The position numbers and the translations under genes are program-made. DNA of 61,205 bases, counting the filler, from Chiloscyllium plagiosum (taxonomy: Eukaryota): the NCBI RefSeq assembly GCF_004010195.1. It is 4 parts of one record of this genome, joined end to end, with 100 filler letters (N's around TTAATTAATTAA, not from the genome) between each part and the next. Parts side by side here need not be neighbours in the genome. Positions count along the whole stretch, not along the records: positions 12,319 to 39,842 come from NC_057717.1; 3 more parts are not named here. The stretch is one strand, 5' to 3'. The notes below the pieces were generated by a model. It saw only the letters and a list, made by a program, of their open reading frames with translations, was not told the DNA's origin and did no database searches. Every line of letters starts with the position of its first letter. The stretch's first letter is position 1. Positions 12,834-26,497 of the stretch are shown here, piece after piece.

Positions 12834-12942
12834 TTAAGTAAATAAAACAAAAGAACAGCAGATGCTGTCAATCTGAGATAAAAATAGAAACTGCTGGAAA
12901 AGCTCAGAAGGTCTAGCAGCATCTGTGGAGAGAAATCAGAAC
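12834..12942 (-). mobile_element. Short Penelope-derived element (family C), truncated, 11-bp TSD
   Basis: TGAAATGAAAT at 12823-12833 and 12943-12953; shares AGATGCTG...TGCTGGAAAAGC...CAGCATCT core with family B. Confidence 0.65.
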
Positions 12943-13568
12943 TGAAATGAAATCATTTGTGCAATGCAATTTAATACTCCACTCCACTCTAATTAGAATA
13001 CTAATGTTATGAGTTCAGCCTTCTATATACCCTTCACCCACAACATATTCCTGCTGCCATTACCTGCCAATCAATTGTTTTCATCATTGATTGTAAATAT
13101 ATCTATTTTATTGGTCACATTTTTTGAATGTCCGTCTGCGTAAGATCATCCACACTAGCCTCATTATATCACTCCAGTAATTCACCAGATAATTTCATCA
13201 CCTTTTGTAATCCATTGTATCCAAACCCAAAAAAAATTATTAGGTTACGGCTTCGGAATATGCCTCACAACTGATTTTCAACTAATTCAAATTTATAGGC
13301 TGTATCTCTTTACCTTTTTTTAAAACAGGGTGCAAGATTTGTGACATTCAGTTTTTCCTCTCCCAGCCCCATGTCCCACTCATACTGTTCAAGGCCTCAG
13401 CAATGTCCTTTCAGCAACATCTTGTGGTCTGCTTACAAGTTTAACTGCATGTTGTTGAGGGAGGTGTTGGATTGACAAACATCAGACAATTCTGTTTGTT
13501 CATATACTGTAACTAATTCCAGTCCCTATGGAGTCTAAATGTGATGAACTGCAGACATTTTGTTCTTC

Positions 13569-13576
13569 TATAAATA
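13569..13576 (+). promoter_or_regulatory. Candidate TATA box of the GPCR gene
   Basis: TATAAATA about 160 bp upstream of ATG 13731 in non-repetitive sequence. Confidence 0.55.
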
Positions 13577-13730
13577 AGGGTCTTCCTTTGCTGCAGTGTG
13601 ACATTAGCTCTGGCAGAAAGAACCATAACAGTTCCAAAGAGAGGAGTAACATAGATCTGATGAGATAACAGTAGACTGGAAGGTTAAATCTATTGATTTG
13701 AATATATTCACATTAGATTTACGTTTTACA

Positions 13731-13908
13731 ATGGGAAATCATGGAACTGCAGATTCGAATGTGACCAGAAAGTACAGTAGCTTTTTGGGGAATGTTGACT
13801 ACCTTTCTAGAGATTATGATAAATTATCAATAGAGCATCGGATCAAGTTGGTCCTTGAGATTACTCAGTACATTTATTATCCTATCCTTGCTATTGTTGG
13901 TGTCCCTG
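13731..13908 (+). CDS. GPR139-like class A GPCR, exon 1 (N-terminus and first half of TM1)
   Basis: ACAATGG Kozak context; MGNHGTADSNVT...IYYPILAIVGVP; donor CTG|GTAAGT at 13908/13909, phase 1; N-glycosylation sequon NVT. Confidence 0.88.
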
Positions 13909-15278
13909 GTAAGTTTCTTTCTTCAGCTATTAATGTTGAAAATGGTGTTTATAATCTCCAGTTTACTTGGCAATTTCTCATCCCTCATTATCTCTGTTGT
14001 TGTCCTGATATGTTCCTGTTTCCAGAATTTAGTGCAATAACTGTAACATTATTACTGTTCTTGCAATCAATTCTTTGCTTGTGTTAGTTTGTTTTAGTTC
14101 CTTGCTACACTTTGCAGCTAGATATCAGATCTGTAAACCACGGTTTATTATATAAATCTCATTGCTTCATTCAAACATTGTCCTTCATCTTCTCTCTATC
14201 ACACAAACTGCATTCCCTGACTAAATATTTAATGATTAAGCTTTGCTGACAAACACAACATTTTTTTTAAGCTTGAAGTCCAAAAGCATCCTGACTGCTA
14301 AATCATTGTAAAAGTTATCAGTCTGCACACTGTTTCAGCCAATTTGTGTAATACACCCTTATTTATGTATTTGTTTAATCCAGGCAAATGTTATTCAAAT
14401 TGATCACTTACAAAGACCATATACCAAAGCCCAAACTCACAACAAATACTATTCAGCCAGTTTCCTTGAGCTGACTGATAGATATTGTCTTCAACTCAGC
14501 AGAAGTGCAAGTTTAACGATGTTAGTTTGATATTTCTTACCTTTGAATTTCTCGATAATGTTGATTGTCCACTCAATTCTAATTTTAACCATTTTCTATA
14601 ATGTTGCCAACTGATCAAATTCAAATGTATTAATTTGGCAGTTCTTCCCTCTGTAGCACTGACTTTCTGCAATTTTCACTTCTACGGTGTTCTTGTTTTT
14701 TTTCATTTTTCAGTTTCATGGGGTGTGGTTACTGTAGCTAGGCCTGCATTTATTCATACTTAATTCCACTAATGTTGGTGCTGTGAAAATTTGCATGCTT
14801 GAAATCTGTCCATTTTCAGTGTGACATAACTTGAAAGAATTAGATACTCAACTTTCAAGTGTCGTGCTATTCTCTCACTTAATTTAGTGGAAACTTACTG
14901 GAGTTGTAGTGGATTTGAGTAGATTTTGCTGGGAACTCCTGCATATGCTCAGAAATGCCAAATGATTGAACACTCATGACAGGATATGCTGATTGCAATT
15001 TAAATACATTTGGATCAGGATCGCACCACAATCAAGAAATGCTGCTGGTGCAGCGAGAGGCAACTCTACAAAGTTGAACCAAGAGCCCGAGGAGGATCTG
15101 CCTGTCTAAACTGTATTTTGCAGTACTATTAATGATACTTACACTTAACCCAGGAGTAGTGAAAAAGATGACTGAAATTCAAAACCGACGTGAGCAGAGA
15201 GATGTGCACATCTTCAACATGCATCACTGCATTACAGGAAGGATGTGGAAACTTAGGAAAGGGTTCAGAGGAGATTTA

Positions 15279-18200
15279 GAACATAGAACAATACAGCACA
15301 GAACAGGCCCTTCGGCCCACGATGTTGTGCCGAACATTTGTCCTAGCTGAAGCACCCATCCATGTACCTATCCAATTGCCGCTTAAAGGTCGCCAATGAT
15401 TCTGAATCTGCCACTCCCACAGGCAGCGCATTCCATGCCCCCACCACTCTCTGGGTAAAGAACCTACCCCTGACATCCCCCCTATACCTTCCACCCTTCA
15501 CCTTAAGTTTATGTCCCCTTGTAACACTCTGTTGTACCCGGGGAAAAAGTTTCTGACTGTCTACTCTATCTATTCCCCTGATCATCTTATAAACCTCTAG
15601 CAAGTCACCCCTCAACCTTCGCCGTTCCAATGAGAAAAGCCCAGCACTCTCAACCTATCCTCGTATGACCTATTCTCCATTCCAGGCAACATCCTGGTAA
15701 ATCTTCTCTGCACCCTCTCCAAAGCTTCCACATCTTTCCTAAAGTGAGGCGACCAGAACTGCACACAGAACTCCAAATGTGGCCTAACCAAGGTCCTGTA
15801 CAGCTGCAACATCACTTCACACTTGGCAGGGTTGAACTCCATCTGCCACTCCTCAGCCCAGCTCTGCATCATATCTAAGTCCCTCTGCAGCCGATGACAG
15901 CCCTCCTCACTGTCCACAATTCCACCAATCTTCGTATCATCTGCAAATTTACTGACCCACCCTTCGACTCCCTCTTCCAAGTCATTAATAAAAATTACAA
16001 ACAGCAGAGGACCCAGAACTGATCCCTGCGGAACTCCACTTGTAACTGGGCTCCAGGCTGAATATTTACCATCTACCACCACTCTCTGACTTTGACCGGT
16101 TAGCCAGTTTTCTATCCAACTGGCCAAACTTCTCTCTATCCCATGCCTCCTGACTTTCGGCATAAGCCTACCATGGGGAATCTTATCAAATGCCTTACTA
16201 AAATCCATGTTATACGACATCCACTGCTCTACCCTCATCCACATGCTTGGTCACCTCCTCAAAGAATTCAATAAGACTTGTAAGGCAAGACCTACTCCAA
16301 GCAGTGTTTTTCCAGATACTCATAAATCCTATCCCTCAGTACCCTTTCTGTTACTTTGCCTACCACCGAAGTAAGACTAACTGGCCTGTAATTCCCGGGG
16401 TTATCCCTATTCCCTTTTTTGAACAGGGGCACAACATTCGCCACTCTCCAGTCCCCTGGTACCACCTTCGTTGACAGTGAAGACGAAAAGGTACTGCAAT
16501 TTCCTCTCTTGCTTCCACATAATCCTAGGAAATATCCCGTCAGGCCCGGGGGACTTGTCTATCCTCAAGTTGTTCAAAATGCCCAACACATCTTCCTTCC
16601 TAACAAGTATCTCTTCTAGCTTACCAGTCCGTTTCACACTCTCCTCTTCAACAATATGGTCCCTCTTGTTTGTAAATACTGAAGAAAAGTACTCATTCAA
16701 GACCTCTCCTATCTCTTCCGACTCAATACACAGTCTCCCACTACTGTCCTTGATCGGACCTACCCTCGTTTTCATCATTCTCATGTTTCTCACATACACA
16801 TACAAGACCTTGGGGTTATCCTTGATCCTATCCACCAAAGATTTTTCATGCCCTCTCTTAGCTCTCCTAATCCCTTTCTTCAGCTCCCTTCTGGCTATCC
16901 TGTATCCCTCCAATGCTCTCAACGTTCTTCAACCTTATGTAAGCCTCCTTCTTCCTCTTTACAAGATATTCAACCTCCCTCGTCAACCAAGGTTCCCTCA
17001 CACGACCATCTCTTTCCTGCCTGACAGGTGCATACATATCAAGGACACGTCGTATCTGTTCCACATTTCCACGACACATTTCCACGACATCCTTCCCTGA
17101 CAGCCTATGCTCCCAACTTATGCTCCTCAGATCCTGTCTTACAGCATCGTATTTACCCTTCCCCCAATTGTAAAACCTACCCTGTTGCACGCACCTATCT
17201 CTCTCCATAACCAAGGTGAAAGTAACAGAATTGTGGTTACGATCACAAAAATGTTCACTCAATAACAATCCCATCACTTGTCCCGGTTCATTACCGAGTA
17301 CCAAATCCAATATTGCCTCTCCTCTGGTCGGACAATCTACATACTGTGTTAGAAAAGCTTCCTGGACACACTGCACAAACACCGCCCCGTCCAATCTTCT
17401 TGATCTAAAGAGCTTCCAATCAATATTTGGGAAGTTGAAATCGTCCATGACTACTACCCTGTGGCTTCTGCACCTTTCCAAAATCTGTTTCCCAATCTGT
17501 TTCTCCACATCTCTGCTGCTATTGGGGGGCCTATAGTAAACACCCAACAAGGTGACTGCACCTTTCCTATTTCTGACTTCAGCCCATACTACCTCCAAAG
17601 GCAGATCCCGCTCAAACTGCCTTTCTGCAGCCGTTATACCATTTCTAATTAGCAACACCACCACCCCCCTCCTTTTTTACCACCCTCCCTATTCTTACTG
17701 AAATATCTGTAACCAGGAGCCTCCAACAACCATTCCTGTCCCTCTTCTATCCATGTTTCTGTGATGGCCACAACATCATAGTCCCAGGTAGCGATCCACA
17801 CCTTAAGTTCACCCACCTTATTTCTGATACTCCTTGCATTGAAGTATACACACTTGAACCCATCTCTGTGTCCGCAAGTATTCCCTGTCAGTGCTACCCT
17901 CTCCACAGCCTCCCTACATTCTTGGACATCCTGACAAACAGTTAGCCTACTTGCTGGACTGCAAGTCCGGATCCCATCCCCCTGCCAAATTAGTTTAAAC
18001 CCCCCCGAAGAGTGCTAGCAAACCTACCTCCCAGGATATTGGTGCGCTTCTGGTTCAGGTGCAACCCATCCTGCTTGTACAGGTCACCCTTCCCCAGAAT
18101 GCAGTCCAATTGTCCAAATACCTGAAGCCCTCCCTCCTACACCATCCTTGCAGCCACGTGTTCAACTGCACTCTCTCCCTATTCCTTGCGTCACTGTCAC

Positions 18201-18325
18201 GTGACACCAGCAACAACCCAGAGATGACGACTCTGTCCGTCCTAGCTTTTAGCTTCCAGCCTAACTTCCTGAGCTCCTGAATGACCTCCCCACCCCTCTT
18301 CCTACCTATGTTGTTGGTGCCTGGT
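15279..18325 (-). mobile_element. Young CR1 LINE with part of ORF1 (esterase), AP endonuclease and RT; internally deleted; nested in an older CR1 3' end
   Basis: CVYFNARSI...AITETW, GVYYRPPNS, DFNFPNIDW (endonuclease), [16 protein letters not shown] (RT); ATTTA duplicated at 15274-15278 and 18326-18330. Confidence 0.95.
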
Positions 18326-18770
18326 ATTTACTAGGATGTTGCCTGGTATGGAAGGAAGGTCTTATGAGGAAAGACTGATGGACGTGAGGCTGTTTTCATT
18401 AGTGAGAAGAAGTTTAAGAGTTGACTTAATTGAGACATATAAGATAATCAGAGGGTGAAATAGGATGGACAGTGAGCCTTTTTCCTAGGATGATGATGGC
18501 TAGCACGCAGGGGCAGAGCTATAAATTGAGGGGTGATAGATATAGGACAGATGTCAGAGGTAGTTTCTTTGCTCAGAGAGTAGTAGGAGTGTGGAATGCA
18601 CTGCCGCAACAGTAGTGGACTCACCAACTTTAAGGGCATTTAAATGGTCATTGAATAAACATATGGATGAAAATGGAATAGTGTAGAACAGATAGACTTC
18701 AGATTGGTTCCAAAGGTCGGCGCAACATCGAGGGCCAAAGGGCTTGTACTGTGCTGTAATGTTCTATGTT
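18326..18770 (+). mobile_element. CR1 3' end (continues from ~15235-15278)
   Basis: agaggagattt|actaggatgttgcctgg rejoins across the nested element; similar to 5590-6060. Confidence 0.88.
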
Positions 18771-19479
18771 GTATGGGGTCTCACATCTAAGTTGCCTGTT
18801 CACTGCCTTTTCTTAATGGCTACATCAATTCCAGACAATTTCCAGGAAGAAATGTTGGCATACCAGGGAATTATAGAATCAGAGATTTTCTGGAGTTCAA
18901 AAGAAGTTAATTCAGACATTTATATCTGTACTAGCTCTTCAATTCTGCCCAACCTACCTCATGCACTTCCCTCCACTTTGCATGTGCTACGGTTTTACAC
19001 AATGATCTAATTATATTTGGGATACCTTATTGAAACTGGCCTGCACTAAATCTCTGGCAAAGCATTCCAGATTATAGCCTCTCATTGCATGATTCATTTT
19101 CTTCAAGTCATCAAGCATTCTTTGCCAGCTTATTTAAAGTTCCTGATTCTTCCACCAATGGAAGTCACTTTCTTTCATCACGTTCGCTGTCCAGACCACT
19201 CACAGTTCTGAATCCCCCAATGGAATCCTCTCTCAGCATTGCCCCATCACAAAGTTTTTTTTTTGAAAAAAGAGAATCTTCTCCAGTTTATCTGCACGAA
19301 GAAATCTCCTGGTAACATTCTTGTGACTCCCGTGCAAAATGTTCCATTTTTCAATTGATGGAGGCAGCAGAGGTTAGTGGTGACTATTGATGCGAGGTGG
19401 GGTGTGATGAATACATTGAGGGCAGCAAGTTAATGCTGAAAGGAGCTTTATTACTTCAGAGTGATACTTTACCAATCCT

Positions 19480-21840
19480 GGAAATCTGTTGCAGCAGAAA
19501 TTGTTGGAGTTCTTGAAGGGAAATCCACATTTGATATGTGGGAGACTTTCAAAGATAGATTAAAAATAGTGCAGGATAGACACGTCCTGTTGAAGGCAAA
19601 GGATGGGAAAGACAAGATTTGTGAACCGTGAAGACAGGAGAAATTGTTCAACTAGCCAAGAGGAAAAGGGAAGCAGTATTTACAGAGAAAAGGCAAGAGG
19701 AAAAGGGTCTAGACAGCTAAGAACAGAATGGGCCCTGGAGCAATATCGGAAGAATAGGACCAGTCTTAAATGAGGAATCAAGCAGGCTAAAAGGGGTCAT
19801 GAAATAGTTTTAGCGAGCAGAATTAAGGAGAATCCCAAAGCATTTTATTCTTATATAAGAAGCAAGCCAGTAACTAGAGAAATGGTTGGTTCACTAAAGG
19901 ATAATAAAGGAAGGCTGTGTGTCAAACCTGAGAGAATGGGTGAGATTCTGAATGATTACTTTGCATCAGTGTTCATTGAGGAGGGGAACATGATGAATGT
20001 TGAGATTAGAGATAGATGTTTGATTAGTCTGGATCATGTTGACACAAGGAGGGAAGATGTGTTGGGTGGTCTCGAGGTTATTAAAGTGGACAATTCCCCA
20101 GAACCGGATGGGATCTATCCCAGCTTGCTGAGGGAAGTGAGAGAGGGAATAGTTTGGCCCGTGACAGATATCTTTATGGCATTCTTAAAAAGGTGAGGTG
20201 CTGGAGGACTGGAAGGTTGCTCATGTTGTCTCCCTGTACAAAAAGGTAGTAGGGATATTCCAGGTAACTACAGACCAGTGAGCCTAATGTCAGTGGTGGG
20301 AAAATTGTTGGAGAGTGTACTAAGGGATAGGATCTATTTGTATTTAGAAAAGAATGGGCTTATCAGTGATAGGTAACATGGTTTTGTGCGGGAGAGATCA
20401 TGCCTTACCAACTTAATAGAGTTGTTTGAGGAACTGATCAAGTTGATAGATGAAGGAACAGCTGTTGATATCATATACATGGACTTTAGTAAGGCGTTTG
20501 ATAAGGTTCCCCATGATAAACTAATAGAGAAAGTGAAGTCTCATGGTGTGCAGGGTGTTCCAGCTAGGTGGATAAAGAACTGGGTTGAACAACAGGAGAC
20601 AGAGATTAGTAGTTGAAGGGAGTTTCTTGAAATGGAGAAAGGTGACCAGTGGTGTTCCACAGGGGTCAGTGTTGGGGCCACTCTTGTTTGTGATATGCAT
20701 AAATGATCTGGAAGAGGGCACTGTTGGTATGATCAGCAAGTTTGCAGATGACACGAAAATTGGTAGAGTAGCAGAAAGCATAAGGGACTGTCAAAGAACA
20801 CAGGAAGATTTTGATAGACTGGAGAGTTGGTCGGAAAAGTGGCAGATGGAGTTCAATCCAGACAAATGTGAGATGATGCATTTAGGCAAGTCTAATTCTA
20901 GAGCAAATTATACAATGAATGGAAGAGCCCTGGGAAAAATTGATTAGCAGAGAGATCTGGGAGTCCATTGTACCCTGAAGGTTGATGCACAAGTGGAATG
21001 AGTGGTCAAGGAGGCATGTGGTATGCTTGCCTTCATTGGACGAGTTATTGAGTATAACAGTTGGGAAGTCATGTTAAAATTGTACAAGACATTGGTTAGG
21101 CCACATTTAGAATGCTGTGTACAGTTCTGATCATCACATCACCTAAAGGATATGGATGCTTTGGAGAGGGTGCAGAGAAGGTTTACGAGGATACTGCCCT
21201 GTCTGGAAGATGCTAGCTATGAAGAGAGGTTGAGCACGTTAGATGTGTTTTCATTAGAAAAAATGAGATTGAAGGGGGACCTGATTGAAGTTTACAAGAT
21301 CATGAAAGGTATAGACAGGGTGGATAGAGATAAGCTTTTTTCCCAGGGTGAAGGATTCAATAATGAAAGGTCACACTTTCAAGGTGAGAGGTGAAAAGTT
21401 TAAATTACTTACAGTGTGGAAACAGGCCCTTCGGCCCAACAAGTCNNNNNNNNNNNNNGAGGAAACCCACGCAGACACGGGGAGAATGTGCAAACTCCAC
21501 ACAGTCAGTCGCCTGAGGCGGGAATTGAACCCAGGTCTCTGGCGCTGTGAGGCAGCAGTGCTAACCACTGTGCCACCGTGCCGCCCTAAAGAGGGATACA
21601 CGTGGCAAGTACTTCACACAGAGGGTGGTAGGTGTCTGGAACCCATTGACAGCAGAGTTGGTAGTGGCAGGCATGGTAGATTCCTTTAAAATGCGTCTGG
21701 ACAGATGCATGAGTAGGTGGGGACCAGAGGGATATAGGTGCTTAGGAATTGGGCGACAGGTTCAGAAGTAGATTTGGATCAGCTCAGGCTTGGAGGGCCG
21801 AAGAGCCTGTTCCTGGGCTGTAAATTTTCTTTGTTCTTTG
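19480..21840 (+). mobile_element. CR1 LINE, 5'-truncated, disrupted ORF2
   Basis: ORFs 19882-21394 with [48 protein letters not shown]. Confidence 0.95.
21405..21586 (-). mobile_element. HE1-type V-SINE (spans small gap) inserted into CR1
   Basis: Reverse complement of the 26179 SINE head and tail; TAAA duplicated at 21401-21404 and 21587-21590. Confidence 0.9.
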
Positions 21841-22949
21841 ATTACCTATCATTCCCTTTAAGCACCAAGATCCACACCCATTAAGGCAGTAACTTTATTT
21901 TGCCTGTCAGGATCCTGACAATCTAACGTCCTACTGCAACATTGTGCTGTCGTTTGATACAAATCACAGAGACTTGTTTGCACTCTATCTGGCAAGTGAG
22001 CCGGCGCTAAGCTGTCTTGTTCTCTTGACATGTCTGCCACAAGGTTTTGATTGCTGGATCACCAAATTCAGATTACAAAGTTATATATTGTCAAAGAGTC
22101 CACGTAGATCACCCAAATGGCTGTGATAGTTAATACCTGAGATGGCAGTTTCGAGTAGTCTTCACGCCAGATATCCTTAAATCCGTGTTAAAATTTTAAA
22201 GTTTCCTTTATATAGGTTACACTGACTGTCTCTGACATCCCATTTCCATGGAAACATGATCTGTTGCCTTCAACTGCCCTCCATCAGTTTGGATTCATTT
22301 GACAAACTCATTGCGTTTCGGTGTCGCCTTTCATTTCGAGAACTCACATTGTACTGTTTTATTTGTAAGTGTTCAGTCGGCAGCAACATTTACCGCTGTG
22401 CTCTATAATTCAGTGCAGTAAACAGTGACTGGTTGTCTTATAGAGCTAGATGCTAACTGCAGTTGTTCTGTTTTCATTCAGATTTAGAATATTTAGAGTA
22501 TCTTCCTTTTCTGTTAATGCTCACTTTTATGTCCTAACCTTGTACTACCAATGACATTATATAACTTCGAAGTATCGAATTACATCAGCCCTATGCAACT
22601 GTCAAACGCACCAGACTGTCTCCTCTCGTCTTTTATGCAGTAGAGTTTGCTGTATTCAACAACTTTATCTTTTGTTTTGATAAAATGACTTTAATTTTGA
22701 TTAAAAAGCAATGATGTCAACATGAAATCTGATGAGTACACGGTTTTACTATACTTTAAAACGTCATAGTCCATTACTTGGTTTTGATTTTCTCTGATCA
22801 TTTCCGTATCATATCCACAGAGAAATATACGGGATATGCATAGAGATAGGTCATTTAGCCATTTCAAAGGTCTGTCACTCAATAAGGTAATTATTGACCT
22901 GGATGTTGTGAAATCCGCATTTTCCACCTGCCATTTGTTAAATTTCATC

Positions 22950-25130
22950 CTCAATGTTTCACCAGAATCTATCTACCGTTGTCTTTATAAAAACATTCAA
23001 ATTCGTACATCATCTTTTCTCGAAGGGATTACAAAAAGTCTCTCAACCCTCACAGAGAGAGAGAAAAAAGACATCTGAGCTTTGTTTCAGATGCTTGATC
23101 TCTAACTTTTAATCAATTCCCACTAGTTCCACTTTCTTCCATAAGATGAACGATCTTCTCCACATCTCACCCATTCAAGACCCCGTATGATGTTCGATGC
23201 TTCATACACATCATTTCTCTTCCAAATTTCAACGTATCCAAGCCTCGCCTGTGCAACATTACCCCATACGACAACAATACTCACGTTCCCTGTTTTAATC
23301 TGGTCGCGTTCCTCTCAACTGTTTCTAATGTATCTTTGCTTAGAAATGGTGACCATTTCTGTGCACATTGTGCCAAAAGTGATCTCACCTGTGCCCTGTA
23401 AAACTAAAACAGAACACTGCTAATTTCAACTTACATTCCTTCTTTTGGCAAATCTGAAACTATACCCTCTACTGCTTCACTTAAACCCTTAAAATAAAAT
23501 ATAAACAATTTAGATCCCAGCACCAACCCCTGTGACACACTGTTCATTATACTTGCCAACCTGGAAAATAAAAACAGTTTGATATACTTTCTGTTTCCTG
23601 CTAGCCAACCAATCTTCAATCAGTTCCAATGTCCTACACTAACAGCAGCACCTTGCTAAATTCTGTAGTGATTGGAAGCAATTGGACCTTGTTAACTACG
23701 ACATCGTTGATTCAGGATTTATTGTGGACAATCAGAATAATTGGATAACCTGGCTGATGAATATACACAGGGGACACGTTATATGTAATGCACAAACTTT
23801 TGTACTAAATCTGAACGACTAAAATATAATAATGCTTTAAAATTGAAAGTTGATAAACCTTTTTCATGTTGCCAGACTGCCTCAGCAATATGTGCTTTCA
23901 TTGTCAGAATTTGCATTAATTAAAAAAACACTTTGATTTTATCAACTTAAAAAAATACATTGGGGATCTAGAATCTCCTCAGTTCAGAGGATTTACTCCA
24001 CACTGGCTGACCACAGCCAGTGTGTTCTGTAAACTAAATAAAGGGTTTCGGGATAACAGCCTCAGTGCTGTTGTTTCAAAATCATTATGTAATTCTTAGT
24101 GAAGTGAAATGCCAATTAAATAATTTGCTCTCATTGGCAGAATCTTTGCCTAAAATTGTTTAACCTGATCCATAATTCAGCATGCTTTTTAAATGTATAA
24201 GTGCCCCCATCACCTTCCTTTGAACTGCTGCTAATGGATAACTTAGCAGAAAAGCAGGGATAGCTGAAGCCATTCAATTTGTTCCGATTGCTTGTCTGTT
24301 CGATTAGGTCTTTTCTGATCATTCACATTAATGTTCCTTTTTATCATTATTTCATTTGGCTTTAATATGCTCAAGGCTAGATCACCTTCAATCAGTTAAG
24401 ATTGGAAATTTCAAAAATTAGCCGTTCTCTGAGTGAAGAAATTATTCTCCATCTCAGTCTTCCTTGGCCTGCTTCTTATCCAGAGATAATGTCCCCTGAT
24501 TTTAGAATCATCTGCTAGAGATCATCAGCTTTCTACATCCTGCCTGCCATACCATGTAAGAATTTTGCAAGTTTCAATGATGTTGATTTTAATTATTCAA
24601 AGCTCTGGGAACACAAGCTCACTTTCCATAAATTCTCATCATATGACAATCCAGCATTCCAGTGATTAATTTGGTGAACCCTGGTTCCAATCCATCTATG
24701 GTAAATATATTTCTACTTAGATAAGGTGCAAAAAGTGTGCTCGATGCATTGGCTGAAGTCTCACTGAAGTGAAAGTAGCTGCAGAAAGTCAACTCTCCAT
24801 TTGTATTAAAACCATTCCGTGGTGAGGCTCAATAACCACGTTGGAGAAAGTGAGGTCTGCAGATGCTGGAGATCAAAGTTGAAACTTTATTGCTGGAACA
24901 GCACAGCAGGTCAGGCAGCATCCAGGGAACAGGAGATTCGACGTTTCGGGCACAGGCCCTTCTTCAATAACCACGTTCCTTTATAATTAACTGGCGCTCC
25001 TTAATGCTTTCATGATTCATGAAGAAAGACTTTCAATCCTCCCAGATATATATATTTCTCAATTTGCCACCATTTAAGACAAATTCTGTCCCTTGATTTT
25101 TTTTTCTACCAAAGTGAACGACTTCACAAC
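22950..25130 (-). mobile_element. Old CR1-type 3' fragments (about 22950-23640 and 24380-25130)
   Basis: ORF 23431-23619 VSQGLVLGSKLF is a decayed [10 protein letters not shown] motif; decayed 3' tail segments. Confidence 0.55.
24843..24966 (-). mobile_element. Family B hammerhead-headed short element, single arm
   Basis: Reverse complement of 40574-40697, identical by eye; TSD (TCA)ATAACCACGTT at 24829-24842 and 24964-24977. Confidence 0.9.
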
Positions 25131-25319
25131 TATTTACATGCAGATATATGAACCAAGAACTGGAGCCAACCACTAAAAACATCAAGCCACGTCATCCACA
25201 CAGTTCCACCATTTTTGAGCTGATCTAAACCTTGAAATGGCCTCCTGCAGATGAGTTGATATTGCAGAAAATAGGTATCCAGAAGATTCCACGTAGAGAA
25301 ACTGTGAACAACTTAACTC

Positions 25320-25580
25320 GGCAACATGATGGCTTAGTTGTTAGCATTGATGCCCCACGGCACGAGAGAATAAGGACACTATCTGTGTCGAGTTTGCACA
25401 TTCTTCCCTTGTCTGTATGGATGCTCTAGTTTCCTACCATAGTCCAAAGATGTGCAGTTTAGGTAGGTTAGCCATGGGGAAGGCAGTGTTTCAGGGATAT
25501 GGTAGGAGCTGGGTGCGAGGGTCCGCGTGGACTTAATGGTCTGAATGACCAGCTTCTACACTGTAGTGATTCTATTCTAT
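25320..25580 (+). mobile_element. Degenerate V-SINE
   Basis: tctgtgtcgagtttgcacattcttccc...agtccaaagatgtgcag V-domain match. Confidence 0.75.
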
Positions 25581-26178
25581 AAACTTTGATTAGTGTTCTT
25601 GAAATAATTACCTTAATCAATTATGAAATCGTTTTCATATATTTAATTCATTTGACCAGCGATTAGTTTACAGATTGCACATGAATAGAACAAACATTAT
25701 TTCTTGAATGAATATCTTCTGTTATAGAAGAGAACAACACAATTCGTGGAGGCAGAAATCATTAGGAAACTGCAAAAGTACACTTCTTTTTACATTCTTC
25801 CTCAACTCCACAGATCATTACATCTTCTGAACTGTCTAAAGTCACATCAAAGTGTTACATCACACTAAATTGGTTAGTTTTAATGATTTTTTAAATACAA
25901 AAAGCACAGCTTGCCCATTTAGCTTGAAGATATAATCCATGGATTTCAGCTGAAAGGTAATTGCAAGAAAATTTAGAGTATTCATTTCTGAAACAGAATG
26001 CACTGTCACTAGAAACAATCAAGTGGAGTGTGTAAACTTTTTAAGGTATTTTAATGGGAAATTCTAGGGGCAAAGTCTGACCATTTCAAGTGAGGATAGA
26101 AAAGAATAGTGGAGAGCAGGATAAGGGGAGAAAATGACATTATCTTGTGACTGTTTTTATGAAAGAAAGTGCATAAGT

Positions 26179-26497
26179 GGGCGGCACGGTGGCACAGTGG
26201 TTAGCACTGTTGCCTCACAGCGCCAGAGACCCGGGTTCAATTCCCGCCTCAGGCGACTGACTGTGTGGAGTTTGCACATTCTCCCCGTGTCTGCGTGGGT
26301 TTCCTCTGGGTGCTCCGGTTTCCTCCCACAGTCCAAAGATGTGCAGGTCAGGTGAATTGGCCATGCTAAATTGCCCGTAGTGTTAGGTAAGGGGTAAATG
26401 TAGGGGTATGGGTGGTTTGCGCTTCGGCGGGGCGGTGTGGACTTGTTGGGCTGAAGGGCCTGTTTCCACACTGTAAAGTAATCTAATCTAATCTAAT
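26179..26497 (+). mobile_element. Full-length young HE1-type V-SINE
   Basis: GGGCGGCACGGTGGCACAGTGGTTAGC head, B box GGTTCAATTCCC, V-domain, (TAATC)n tail. Confidence 0.93.

Noticed and set aside
13909..14087. Hydrophobic continuation of ORF 13698-14087 and upstream start of ORF 27217
   Set aside because: Read-through into intron past a consensus donor; the 27217 start lies in the polypyrimidine tract. The spliced model restores TM1.
26179..26255. tRNA-like A/B box sequences (also 9281, 21586, 42384)
   Set aside because: They are SINE heads followed by the V-domain and tail, not tRNA genes.
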